Source of the DNA: Basidiobolus meristosporus CBS 931.73
Lineage: Eukaryota > Fungi > Basidiobolomycota
Length of the DNA: 64,000 nt
Reading direction: 5' to 3'
Assembly (NCBI GenBank): GCA_002104905.1
Contig: MCFE01000496.1
Location: 2,640 to 66,639, forward strand
The position numbers were made by a program, and so were the translations under genes. The notes beneath the pieces are model-generated. The model was not told the DNA's origin. It did no database searches and saw nothing but the letters and a program-made list of their open reading frames with translations. Below are positions 1-12,300 of the stretch, piece after piece. Positions within the stretch are counted from its first letter, which is position 1; the number at the start of each line of letters is the position of its first letter.

Positions 1-700
1 CACACACTATAAAAGTGCGTTAGGGACTCATGTAAAACTATCATGATGAAAAATAAAAGCACTTTATTACCGCACGGCTGATGATTGATAACTCCCGCTA
101 GACACAAGTAAACGTAGCAAGTGGGTATCCTTAAAACCTGTTGGGGTATGGTTACCGTGCACTATGAAAGTGTGTTAGGGACTCATGTAAAACTATCATG
201 ATGAAAAATAAAAGCACTTTATTACCGCGCGGCTGATGATTGATAACTCCTGCTAGACACAAGTAAACGTAGCAAGTGGGTATCCTTAAAACCTGTTGGG
301 GTATGGTTACCGCGCACTATAAAAGTGCGTTAGGGACTCATGTAAAACTATCATGATGAAAAATAAAAGCACTTTATTACCGCGCGGCTGATGATTGATA
401 ACTCCCGCTAGACACAAGTAAACGTAGCAAGTGGGTATCCTTAAAACCTGTTGGGGTATGGTTACCGCGCACTATGAAAGTGCGTTAAGGACTCATGTAA
501 AACTATCATGATGAAAAATAAAAGCATTTCAGTATTGCACGGCTGATGATTGATGGCTCCCGCTAGACACAAGTAGATGTAGCTAGTGGACATCCTTAAA
601 ACCTGTTGGGGTATGGCTACTGCGTACTTTCAAAGTGCGTTAGGAGCTCATGTAAAACAATCATGATGAAAAATAAAAGCACTTTTGTACCACGTGGCTA
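1..700. repeat. Tandem array of a 155-bp unit (~4.5 copies visible, truncated by the window start)
   Basis: Unit start CACTAT(A/G)AAAGTG recurs at 5, 160, 315 and 470, and degenerately at 625. Copies 1-4 are near-identical; copy 5 decays by ~700. Confidence 0.97.
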
Positions 701-1709
701 AGTTTTACAATTCCCGCAGGATACATGTGCGCATAGAACATAAGTAGTAGTTGCAATGGTGTCAAATAGAGTTTCTATTATAGCTATAATATATATTGAA
801 CTTTGGGATACACTTTATATTTGGTAAAAGCAATTGGGTTACAGAAAATTTGTATTGGCCATGAATTTTTTTATCATATTAGGGCCGCGCAATTTATGGT
901 GCCCAAAGCTTATCAAAATATGGGATTGTGGCCAGATTGGGATGAATCCCATTAATTATTAGATATACATTAAAAGTAACAATTTATTAATTAAATAGTC
1001 ATCAAGACTTATACAGAGCATATGGACAGTATAGGGAGACAAATATTGGCTCAGACATGCCCACTATATGAGCAGACAATGTGCCAATTGTAGGGTAAAA
1101 ATATTTATGGTTAGGGTGATAAGGGTTAGGAGGAGGAATTCTAACCCTAAGGGACTAGAACCAAGAATGAGAGAAAAGTAATCCAACGGGAATTTAAAGA
1201 GTATGGGAGCAGTATGGGGGATTGCATCCCCCAAGCCCCTTGCTTTTTTATTCTCTAGGGGACTGCATCCCCCAGACCCCCTGCTCTTCTAACCTTTTCC
1301 TAGCCCTTACTATAACACGTACACCCAAAACTTCAAAAAGCTGAGAAACCAAGACTACTGGCTCAGGACCATCTAAGATCTATGTGGCAGAGCTACTTAC
1401 AAGTCCACACACCTTTCCTACTACACCTAATTCCAGGCTGGGTTCCAGTCTTGGATTATATTGATCAGAAACATCTACAATTTGTACTTCCCCAAAACCC
1501 CTGAAATTTATATTTACCCCTGATGAGCTTCACTTTATTGAAACAAACATTAGAGATGAAACAAAACATAAATTAGATTACTTATTAGAGAGGTTCTACA
1601 CCTCTTAATTGGCTTCTTTATTTGTACTTAGATTAGTTCTTAACTCAAATAAAGATTTCACCAACTTGGTGACTTTCCCTCCCCTAACCCTTACTAATTA
1701 TAGCCGCCA

Positions 1710-3006
1710 ATAACCTAGAAACATTGGAAGAGACTAAATCCAGCCTATCTAAGGAGTTCAAGATGTCCAATCTAGGAGAACTTAATTACTACTTAGGGAT
1801 TAAGTTCTCCATAGACAGAAGTACCCAGACTATCACCCTAAGCCAATCCAAGTATATTCAAGATATACTAAAGAAGTACCAAATGGAAGACTGTAAGTCG
1901 GCAGCTACCCTAATGGAGACAAATCTTAACTTGGTCAAAACCCAACCAAATCAAGAGAGCTTGGTGCCATCTGAAAGCCCTGACTTTCCTTATCAATCTA
2001 TGGTCGGCAATCTGATGTATATCATGCTTGGAACATGTCCAGATATCTTATATTCAGCAGGAGTTGTCAGCCAACATAATCAGAACTATGGATCTGATCA
2101 TATTGCAGCAGTTAAGCAGATTTTTAGATACCTGAAAGGAACTGCTGATATCTGCTTAAGATACACTTATAAGGATTCAGAACAGAATCTTGTGGGATAC
2201 TCTGATGCTGATTGGGGATGAAATTTAGATGACAGAAGATCCACCACAGGATACACCTTTCTTTACTATAAAGGAGCAACTTCATGGAATTCAAGAAAGC
2301 AACCAACCATAGCACTTTCCACCACAGAGGCAGAGTATATGGCAGCCTGTGAAGCTACAAAAGAAGCAATGTGGTTAAGAAAACTTTTTACAGATTTAGG
2401 CCTATGTCAAAAAATGCCTATTACTTTATTTCAAGATAATCAAGGATGTATACAATTAGGTAGATATCCAACTTTTCATGCTAGTACCAAGCACATAGAT
2501 ATTAGACATCATTTCATACATGAAGCTATAGAGAATAACTTAGTTAGCTTAGTTTACTGTCCTACAGATGAAATGATTGCAGACATATTTACCAAACCAT
2601 TAGCTAGAGACAAGTTTGAATATCTTAGGTCAAAATTAGGACTAGTCAGTATGAACATTTAGCTGAGTGGGAGTGTTGTAAAAATTTGTATTTCCACCTA
2701 AATATTCACCTAACTTAGTCACTTGGATCATCACCTTCAAATCCTAGAGAATACTGACAACAATTCCTTGTTGGGATTTACTTAGAATATTTACCCAGAA
2801 CATGAAAATTAGATATGTTGACCAAGCAGCCCCAAACTTTGCACACATATTCTTGGGACCTTCCTTAATCTATTCTATGTGTTTGTAATGCCAAGACCAG
2901 GTAAAAGTATAAGTACTACTTTTACATTCAATAAATCATTAAGTGAAAACCACATAATCTACTTGTTCTCCCAATCACTTCCAATATCTGAAAGACTCTT
3001 ACAACA
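1710..3006 (+). mobile_element. Ty1/Copia retrotransposon 3' remnant: RT C-terminus, RNase H, PPT and 3' LTR
   Basis: ORFs 1724-2221 and 2339-2662 are in the same frame, separated by an in-frame TGA at 2219-2221. Motifs LNYYLGIKF, GYSDADWG, STTEAEY, KHIDIRHHF, ADIFTKPL. PPT GAGTGGGAG lies just before the LTR. Confidence 0.95.
2674..3006 (+). repeat. Copia-family LTR (TGTTGTAA...TTACAACA), 333 bp
   Basis: 8-bp terminal inverted repeat, directly after the PPT. Homologous copies occur elsewhere in the window. Confidence 0.93.
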
Positions 3007-3019
3007 AGAATATCACTGA

Positions 3020-3288
3020 GAGGTCTTAGAGAATATTCAGCAATTTCCTTGTCAGGATTAACTTCAAATGTCTTTCACCAGGACATAAAATTTTGATGGT
3101 TTGTCCAAGCAGCCCACATCTTGCACACATGCTCCAGGGGCCTTTTTAAATATATTCCAAGTGCTTGTTTTGCCAAGACCATGTCAAAGTATAAATACTA
3201 CTTTTACATTGAATAAATCATTAAGTGAAAACCACATAGTCTACTTGTTCTCCCAAACACTTCCAATATCTCCAAAACTCTTACAAAA
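3020..3288 (+). repeat. 5'-truncated second copy of the Copia LTR
   Basis: Shares GCCAAGACCATGTCAAAGTATAAATACTAC and AAGTGAAAACCACATA blocks with 2674-3006; ends TTACAAAA. Confidence 0.85.
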
Positions 3289-5073
3289 TGTGGCACTATG
3301 CTTGGCAAGAATGATGGAATAAGTCTATTGAGCTCCCCAATATCAAGAGCCAAAGGTGATAACAGTAGCTATCAAGTGTGCATATTCTATATCAAATCTA
3401 TACACCAGTCCAAGATTTACACACACCATATGATGGCTCTATGTCATTTCCAAGCCCCCAAATCAATACAATCCTAGTCATTCAGATGTTTAGTATTGCA
3501 TTTAAATCATTAAGAAGTTGGTGTCTAGGGATTTGGAATTATTTTTTTAGGAAATTCACCTATTCTTTGAAATTGAAATAGAGTAGAGCCCTGGTACCAA
3601 CTGCATTAATGGGTTTGGAGGGCAAAGTTCGAAGTACTTGGCATTATTCCGCTACATTTGGAGAACTGGGTCAATCAACAGGAATCAAATTAATATCGCA
3701 TTAGGGATCTCTACTGCGCAGTGCAAAATGGGGAAAACTTAGTCCTCTGGCAACAAGCATGGTAGTGTTTTTCGATACATCTCCACAACAGCTTCATTCT
3801 CCAGATCTATCCAAATATCGCACTAAGCGCACTGCCAACCCATGTTAGGATGTCAAGAAGCTTCCATATGAGACAGCCACATTACGGGCTCATGATAGCT
3901 TGATCAGAATCCATGACAATCAATTTGAGGAACGTTCTCCCACTTGGCACTCTTTTCATCAGAGAATGATCCGCTTCGCACTCTGTTTCACGGAAAATGA
4001 AAATCATTACCGCGGGTCACAACAGCTCATGCGTCTGCTCTGCATAAGGTATTATATTAATGTTTCCCTTGCTTGGTTCGGACGGGTACCACTCTATTTA
4101 TATCGGCTGAGTGCCCCGGTTGAGACTGACTCGTAAGTGATTTCGAAATGACTTGGAATCATGTGGTCAGGGCTGAGCAACTGTTGTATCCGCTATCCTC
4201 CACAATCAATCCCTGTAAATAATTAACCCCTTTATGGAATAATAGGATACGCAATCGAAGCGAAATAGAAATCTCTTAATCGCACCATATCTTGACTGCC
4301 ATCGAGGCTAGGTTGGCTAGTTTCCATACTGGACAATTCATGATTTTCGGCGCTGCTGGATGCTTAATTCCCTAGCTTATTCGTGAGGTTGTTAAGAATC
4401 GTACATTCTCCATTTGGGCCCGTGACCGCACTTACATTAGATTAGATCCATTATCCCTGAAAGAATGTGCAGAGCCAACCCGCCCATCGTTGCATGGATC
4501 CATGGGGCTCGATTATCCCAGACTCCATTGTGGACGCGAGAACAGCCATCCCCGCTCAAGAAGTACTCTAGAGCAGTGCGCGGACCACAGGCAGGACTGT
4601 TGATGGAGGGATTCAATCCGCTTTCCTAGTATTTGCTCTCCAGCCCTCTGGTGACACCTTACGTCGTTTGGTACACAAACAACTGCATTCATAGGGTCAC
4701 CATCTCATATTGAGAGTATTTATAGACCACCTACCACAGCCATCCGATAGATTTGGATCCTAGTCAAAGCCAATTATTTCATTGGAGTGCAAAACACTCC
4801 AATTGCAAAGGGGCGGAGTAGGATCAATTATGGACGCATCTATAAGAGGCGATTATTGTTTTAAATGGCAATTAGCCAATTGGCTCCGCTCTTGGCAGTA
4901 TATATACGTAGCGAGTGGCTGCCAAACCATCAGTACTTGTACAATTCATTGCATTATTCGCGCCTCACTGCCGATTTCCGTCTCCAGGCCCTCTCTGCGC
5001 AATTCCCCAACTTGCAGCCACACCCTCCAATTTTTAGGACACCTCACCCTCACTTCGCTTGACACATCTTCTG

Positions 5074-5872
5074 ATGATGTTGCATAGAAACTTCCTCCTT
5101 CCGTTTTTGGCCACCTTTCTATATCTCTCTCCGTCTCTGGCCCAAGACAGTAGGTCTTTCCTTGCTGTATTCTCCTAGCCCACTGTTAACGCGATTTGTT
5201 GCTTCCGTAGCGTCTAGTGTCTCAAATGTGACTCCCACACCAACTGCACCAGGTAGCTCCTCCAGCAATGGGGGCGCAACACTTTCAAGCAATCCCAGCA
5301 GCTCGGTGAGAGAACCAAGCCCGGCCTCTAGCTCGGGGACTGGCTCGGCTTCTGCCACTGGGTCCGGCAGCAGCTCTAGTCCCTCTCCCACCAGCATCGA
5401 TGGACAGCCTGGTCGCCTAACACTGACTGAGCCAGCCGTAACTTATCCCAATGTACCCATGCTCAAGATTGGCGCCCAAATCCAACTCAAATGGACCTTC
5501 AACCAGTATCTTACCATCCCCCCTCAAGCCTTGAATATCAACGTAGTCCGGCCGAGCCTTAACCTTGAAATCCCCATTGCTGTGAATCTTACTGGAACCA
5601 CCACTTCGTGGATTTGGGACACCACTACATGGAATCAAACCAATGCACCGTTGGTAGAAGGTTCTGACTATAGCTTTAGATTCTTCGACGAGCGTGGCCC
5701 AAAGGCCGACTGGGTAGCCGGGAGACTAGCCATGACCCAGATATCCTTTAAGATGTATATTCCCGCAAACGGCCCGGTGTGTACGGCATGCTTGTCGTCA
5801 GCAGTCACGCAGCAAGGCAGTACAGCCTTCGCTGGGGCTCTCTCTATCCTTGCATTGGCAACGCTGCTTTAA
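5074..5872 (+). CDS. Secreted Ser/Thr-rich, probably GPI/TM-anchored fungal protein (DUF7137-like); 1 intron at 5150-5210
   Basis: Exon 1 encodes the signal peptide MMLHRNFLLPFLATFLYLSPSLAQD. A GTAGGT...CCGTAG intron joins it in frame to an S/T/G-rich linker, a beta-rich domain (KIGAQIQLKW...WIWDT...FKMYIP) and a hydrophobic C-tail. Family assignment is from memory. Confidence 0.8.
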
Positions 5873-6263
5873 TAGAACCCAATCTCCCAACTGAATATTT
5901 TCCGCTATAGCATTCAGACCTAGTTACCATCGAGTCTTCGTTTGACTTTTGGATCTCAATAAAAACACGCCATTCAACTTGTCCGTAAGCCATCCCGGCG
6001 TTTCCTGTATCAATAAGGACCATGGCATTTGTATTTTCTCAGGAGCCATGCAATTTGGTTGCATAGGAATGCACATAGTTGTGCGGTCACCATGCAACCC
6101 AGTTGGGTGCGCCATTGTGATCATCAAGGTGGTACAAGGATTTGTTCTATTCATGGTGGCGATTTTTCCAATGCCAACCTGATGGTAGAAATAGTCCAGG
6201 CTTGCCACCCAACCCGGTTGCTAAAGTCGTCATCTCGTACTCTTGCACTCCAACCTTTCACAA

Positions 6264-7631
6264 ATGCTCAAAGAGAAACTCTACAATATTCTTCGCAGTA
6301 TCGCAACAATATTTTGGCTTCATGGTCCATATGTTCAAATATTCCTGGCAGCGCTTTTGTTTTCAGGCTACACTCAACTAACTTTGATTATTGAAACGTC
6401 CAACAACACTTTTTCAAGATACTTCGAGACAGTTTTGCACAAATCCTTCTGGCAGAATACCCTGCTGGGCATAGGTGGAGTATTTAGTGGTATTATACTC
6501 AATGTTCTAGATATCCGGAAAAGCCTCATTATCTCTGGTTTCTCTTTGCTTCTTTACTCCGCCAGCCACCTGAGCTATACACTTTGGGGGCAGAGTTGGT
6601 GTGTTTTCTTAGGATATCTCTGCTTTTCCTTTGGATGCGCATTAGCCTGGACCACTGTTGGCACCGTTCTTTCCACCTATCCAACGCAAGACCAATTGGG
6701 CAAAATAATTGGTTTATTCTTCGTTGTAGCCAACACATTCGAATTGGTTGGCATGGTGTTGAGGGGGCTTTTCCAGAATTCTTTCGACAACCAAGGAAAC
6801 ATCAAGGTGTCTGTTTGGACTTACAGGCTACTTGGCCTGTTAGGCGTAAGCAGCATATGCAGTCTACTAATCTCTCCCAGTAAGCGGATTACACGCTGGA
6901 ACGAAAGTAAACCTAGAAGCTTTGTGAAAAGAACCTTCAAAGAGAGCTTTCTTGTGATGGGAAAGGATTTTCTCTCGGTAGATGGATTGCTCGTTCTGAC
7001 AAATCTATTCCTGTGGCATCTTCAGAAGTCAAGTGAAAGGATGTTCCTTGGCGAGAGCCTAGACAGCCCACAATTGACTACGTATGCAGGCCTTTTGCTA
7101 CTCTTTAGAACATTGGGAACCATACTGGTTCTTTTTCCTTTCGGCTTCATTTTGGATACGTGGTTCACAAGACGCGTAAGAGGCGTGCTTGGCCTCGCTG
7201 TACTAGCACCACTTGGAACATGGGTTCTCGTCAACCAAACTCAGTTGCTAAAATACTTTACAGTGGAAGAAGAAATCAACGTTCATGTGCTTGCCTTGTT
7301 TGGAGGCATAGGTGCCTTCAGCTCACTACTCACCATGTACATCATATGGATCATTGGGCAATCAAGTGATGACCCATCCACTGTGTCGTCCTATTTTGGT
7401 GCTTCGATCACTCTTCAAATCATCTGCGAAGTGGTCCTAAAATCCATCCCCAAGGTTGCGACCCATAGCATCTTTACTTGGTCGGTGTTGGTGGCCCTGT
7501 TGATTTCCCTGTCATCCACACTATATTACCTCACTCAACCTAGTCACATATACACACCGCTATCCACCGATCCTGCCTTGGCTGAGCACGAGATCTCGAC
7601 AGAGAGTCTGAATCCAGCGGAAGAAGCTTGA
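6264..7631 (+). CDS. UNC-93-like MFS membrane protein, intronless
   Basis: ~455-aa multi-TM ORF. GCALAWTTVGTVLSTYPTQDQLGKIIGLFF resembles the fungal UNC93-like signature (LLWTAQG..MSYP...GR..A.FW). Confidence 0.75.
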   Translation: MLKEKLYNILRSIATIFWLHGPYVQIFLAALLFSGYTQLTLIIETSNNTFSRYFETVLHKSFWQNTLLGIGGVFSGIILNVLDIRKSLIISGFSLLLYSASHLSYTLWGQSWCVFLGYLCFSFGCALAWTTVGTVLSTYPTQDQLGKIIGLFFVVANTFELVGMVLRGLFQNSFDNQGNIKVSVWTYRLLGLLGVSSICSLLISPSKRITRWNESKPRSFVKRTFKESFLVMGKDFLSVDGLLVLTNLFLWHLQKSSERMFLGESLDSPQLTTYAGLLLLFRTLGTILVLFPFGFILDTWFTRRVRGVLGLAVLAPLGTWVLVNQTQLLKYFTVEEEINVHVLALFGGIGAFSSLLTMYIIWIIGQSSDDPSTVSSYFGASITLQIICEVVLKSIPKVATHSIFTWSVLVALLISLSSTLYYLTQPSHIYTPLSTDPALAEHEISTESLNPAEEA

Positions 7632-7740
7632 CATATTAGCAATGGCTTTATTATTTAGGCTTGAGACTCTTGTCATCTTTGTACCACACAACACATTAAA
7701 AACACCGGGTTAACAAAAGCAGTCGAAGTCAAAGGCAGTA

Positions 7741-10067
7741 TTACTCCCAAGAAATCGCTTGTGCGGGCTTTTCGGGGCTGTTGGTGCAAAACTCCGGGCT
7801 GGGTTCACTCAGCAACTCCTTCTTGAGGCCCCTTCGTGCACCGAATTGCTTGCCATTGCTCTTATTCACCAATCTGTACAAACTCAAGAACGCAAGAGTA
7901 GTGCAGACGGCCCAGATAACAAGCAACATCATTATGTTGGCCACGATCGAGAATCCACCATCCAGTGCAAGCGCCTTCAGTTGCTGTGGGCCTACCGCTT
8001 GGCCGTGGATCACTAATCCGTCGAACTGGCTCTTAACCAAAGAAGCAAACGAGTACTTTATGGGGGATATCCACTGAATCCATGAGAAGTAGGGAGGTGC
8101 TGATCCGTTGTTTACCATCAACCCTCCGAACATCATCAATGGAAGGATAATCGCAGGAGTGACAGCCAACGCAATCTGTAGTCTTTTGAAGAACGAAGCC
8201 ATCATGATACCCAGGGCAGAGCCGCAGAGCGCGACCAAGACGTTGACCACCATGTAAATGAAGAACTTGCCAACATCAGCCTGGAGCCCAATCATCCAGT
8301 ACGTTATCGCGGAGAAGATGATTGGCATGATGATGTTGATAGGCAGCTCGACTATGATTTTGGAAAAGAAGTATGCGCTCAAGCCGTAGTATCCGCCGCC
8401 ATGCTCCCGAAGGAACACGTTTCTTTCTTCGGCAAAGATGGAGATGGTTGGCATGGATGTCGAAAACATCTGGTTTGTTCCCACAAAGAATAAGGATCCA
8501 GTGATATCTTGTATTTGTGCGGAGACAGAGTCTTTGTTAGGGATTCTCAAATAAATCAGCCCAATCAAAAGGGCGAAGAAGATGGTCTGGAAAAGCTTGA
8601 CTTTGACGATCATCTTGTTACGCATGGCATTTTTGCTTGCTCGCTTCAGCAGGTATTTGAACTGGGTGATAAATGAGCTTCGAAACTTGAACATCTTTGC
8701 CGTGATTGGAACCAGCAGGGGCTGCCTCGTGGTTTGCTCCAACTCTTGCGCCAATTTGGATTGTTGCCACGCTCTGAACACCTCTTCCAGCCGGCTCCTT
8801 TCCTTTTCATCGGCCTTTTGTCTCGCCTCGCCTGTGCTAGTGGCGCTAGGATCGAAGTGGAAAAGAATATTCATGAAGATGAAATCTGCTGGGTTAGTGT
8901 AGAGGGGACATGGATAGCCGATGCTACTGTAATAGTCGACCGCTTTCTCCGCTTCATTGAAGAAGGTGACCTGGTTGGAAAGGACAAATGAGAAGCGGTG
9001 AGTACGCCATAAAGAACAGCGACCGCATTGCCGTTGTGGCATGGCATACCTGGCCATCCTTCATAATCAAGACGTCGTCGAACATATGGAAGATCTCTGA
9101 GGAGGGCTGATGCATAACTGCAACAACCGTACGACCACTCCTTGCCAAAACCTGAAGCGTGTGAACCACCATTATCGCAGTGTAGGAATCCTGCGGAACA
9201 AGGCGGTTAAAACTGTGTCCCGCGGGTCACAAAGCCTCTTGGGGACCTACCAGGCCTGAAGTTGGCTCATCCAAAAATAGAATGGATGGGTCAGTAACCA
9301 TCTCCATGGCAATAGCAGCACGCTTTCTTTCACCGCCTAATCATTCATATGAATACATGGCACGATGCACAGACCTCTCTAGGCACTAAGCTACCTGATA
9401 TTCCCTTCCTGGTGGCTGTACCAATAACTGTGTCGGCAGCGTTTTCGAGTTGAAGTAAAGATAGGATTTCGTCCAGCTTTTCAGCAGCTGCCACATCGTC
9501 CATGTTGGGCACACGAAGCTTAATGGACATGAGAATAGCCTCCCGTACGGTCATGGTTCCCAAGATAAGATCGTCTTGAAAGACGAACCCTGAGATCAAC
9601 CGCACCGCCGCGCCACTGACTTTTCTGCCATTGGCATATATATCACCGCCCACATCACCGCTGGTAGTAGTACCTGCCTAGAATAACAACACCATCAATG
9701 CACCGCTCGAGAGGTTGATGATACAGACCCAAGTCTTAAAAGGCACCAACCAATACATTCAGAAGACTAGTCTTTCCGGAGCCACTTGGGCTGAGTAGAG
9801 GCAAGACAAGTCAGTGATTTGTAGTCATAGGAATAGCGGAGTCACTCGTAATTACCCCAGGATGGCTGTCAACCGACCAGGCTGGAATGCGCCAGTTAGT
9901 CCCTTAAGAATCAATTTCTCGCTTGTAGGCTTTTTAGCGAACAATGACTTGCGCTTGGCATCGGAGGGGATCTGGACAGAGTAAGTGAGGTTTCTGAAGG
10001 TGATTTGGATGGGTTCAGCAATCGTTTTGCGAGTCATCGTGACCACGCACTCTTTCTCGTCTTCCAT
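7741..10067 (-). CDS. ABCG (white-like) half transporter, multi-exon
   Basis: Walker A GPSGSGKT (split by an intron), Q-loop FVFQDD, signature ISGGE, Walker [10 protein letters not shown]-loop MHQPS, followed by an ABC2 membrane domain (7741-9057). ATG at 10067. Confidence 0.95.
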
Positions 10068-10200
10068 TTTCCACTCAAAAAGAAAGGAATTGAGGCGCCT
10101 CCCAACAAGATTGAGAAGAGCAATCTTGATCTGCAAACTATGCACCTACCTTGAGATCCATCCAATTTATATGAGTCGTGTTCCAACTAGTAACAATTTG

Positions 10201-10209
10201 ATCAGATAA
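10201..10209 (+). promoter_or_regulatory. ATCWGATAA motif (SreA/Fep1/Urbs1-type GATA site) 134 bp upstream of the ABCG start
   Basis: Exact ATCAGATAA match. A single site, so weak on its own. Confidence 0.35.
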
Positions 10210-12300
10210 AAGCAAAATCCTTTTCCAATCATCCGACCGAATTACCATATGAATAGGCTTTGGGTAGCACATACCACACCCTTCACTCGATGAAGAATAT
10301 TGCCAATTGAAGCTTGCCATAAGAGGGTGTCTCACATCGAAGTTACTTTCCTCATCGATGCCAATCTCCGGAAAAATGGGTATTTGGTGAGTAACTACCA
10401 TTTATTTACGTTACACGAGAAACTATGAATCGCCAACTGGAGATCGAACTTATACATACTATACTGTGCTGGAAGCCCATGTAGCCCTCCACATGATGGT
10501 CCTCGGTATCACAGGTGAAAACTTGTTGTTTCATTGTTCAACTCTGAATCCTCCTTCAAGTGGCTTGCCAACCCGTTTACTTGGTGGTGGTGTGGGTACC
10601 GGTAACACGGTCAATAATTCCAGCATTCATCGACTTCAGCAATTGCGTGACCAATATTAATCCAGATACCAGAGTAACTTTTTATATTATTAAGAGTTTA
10701 TTCAAATACATTTACAATTCAACATCGGAAGAAAGCCAGAGAAGCCATCGAGATACCTCCTAAGAATCAGCGATATTTGTTAGTGGGTGGTCTTCTGTAC
10801 GAATTGTTCCGTTTATCATCCATTTTCAGAGAGAAGATTACATATCATGTAGCGCTCTAGCGCATCAATAATTTTGCACGATACTTAAAGGTTTTCATCA
10901 TATAATGGAGACGGTGTGGATAGATTGTATAAACATAAGTCCCATACCTGATGTCAGCAAACGGATACTACAAGCTACCATTGTCTCAGCAATGGCAGCA
11001 CTGTGATGAAGGTGGGTAAGAAGAGAAACCCCAACTATTGAATATAAGAAGGACAATCACACACGTGATACTCAATTAAACAAGGGCCTAATTTTGCATG
11101 GGTTTGAATTGAAGAATAATTTAATCAGTCATGAGTAAGAACTCATATTTATATATATATATACATATACCTTAACGAGAGAACACAAGGTCAACCAAGG
11201 TCACATTGAAAATGATATTGAGCAGTTGCCATTGTAGGAGCATGAACATACGAGTACATGGGAGTAACATCGTGTTGATTGGCTAGAAGGTGTTGATCTT
11301 CCACAGCACCGCCGATGCTCCATCATGTTTCATCTTACTACGGTGCTACATCCTTGCTAAGGCTGACCATAGATAGGAATCAATTGGCAGGCAAGCTTTA
11401 CGTCACCCTATAGGAACGTTTCGAATGCATAGTCTGCACCCTAATATTAGTTAAATTGTTGACTCAGAAATCAAACCTCATTACTGCATGAGACCATGTA
11501 TGAATGATTTTGACTTTCTGTGGGTTGAGCGAATCATCGCAGCCTGCTTATTTCCTTACTTGCTATAATATTGCCAGTCTTGCGAATGCTCTAGCCTCTG
11601 GCCAATGGTGGACAGTCAGAACAAGGTTCAGACAAACTCGGGTGTCTCACGTGTCACCAATTTAATTCCAAGCAAGATGAAGTTTACGAATAATGTGGAC
11701 ATTATTCCGGATACTCTCCGTGCTATGTAAATCATCCAAGTAATACTTCCCTGACTAGATTGTTGTTTTCGCTTACATATCGCCTTTGTTTATTTGATCA
11801 GATATTAATTCATGACATGTTTTAATAAATGCTCATGTAAACATATGAATCAATAATCCATTATTTGGTCGACTCCAAAATCATCCTATTCGAACATTGG
11901 AGGTAATTATAGTGTAAACTAAACTTTCGGATTTTCGTTGAGTGGAATGTGCAAAATGTTGAGATATAGAGCCGGTGGATTCAGTCCTCGCTCCCTGATT
12001 TCTTGAACATCGACTTACTCTATCCACTCTTCAAGTCTTTTGTTGCTGTTTCCTGTTAAAGAGCACGTTGGTGAAGCGCCACACGTAACTTTTATGATCA
12101 TATTGACCCACATATTGGCTTGCTTATCGACTTAATTTATCTCCCTATCACGTTTCTCTCGCTCTGCCCCGCCCTTTCTGGCCGCTTTGCTGTTTTGTAT
12201 ACTCCTAATTGTAGTCCTTTTTATCAGTAATCTATCTTTCTGACCATACTGAATCCCGTAATCGGCGCTACGTTCTCACGCAGACGTTTGCTTGACCAAG

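Noticed and set aside
1-700. 155-bp array as a CRISPR array or C/D snoRNA cluster (ATGATGA...CTGA in each unit)
   Set aside because: There are no unique spacers, the context is eukaryotic, and the C-to-D box distance (~30 nt) is too short for a snoRNA.
5949-6182. Hydrophobic 77-aa ORF as an extra 5' exon of the UNC-93-like gene
   Set aside because: No clear splice sites join it in frame and it shows no family similarity.
10138-10800. Possible small gene or pseudogene upstream of the ABCG gene
   Set aside because: All frames are interrupted by stops and I could not build a convincing spliced model or recognise a motif.
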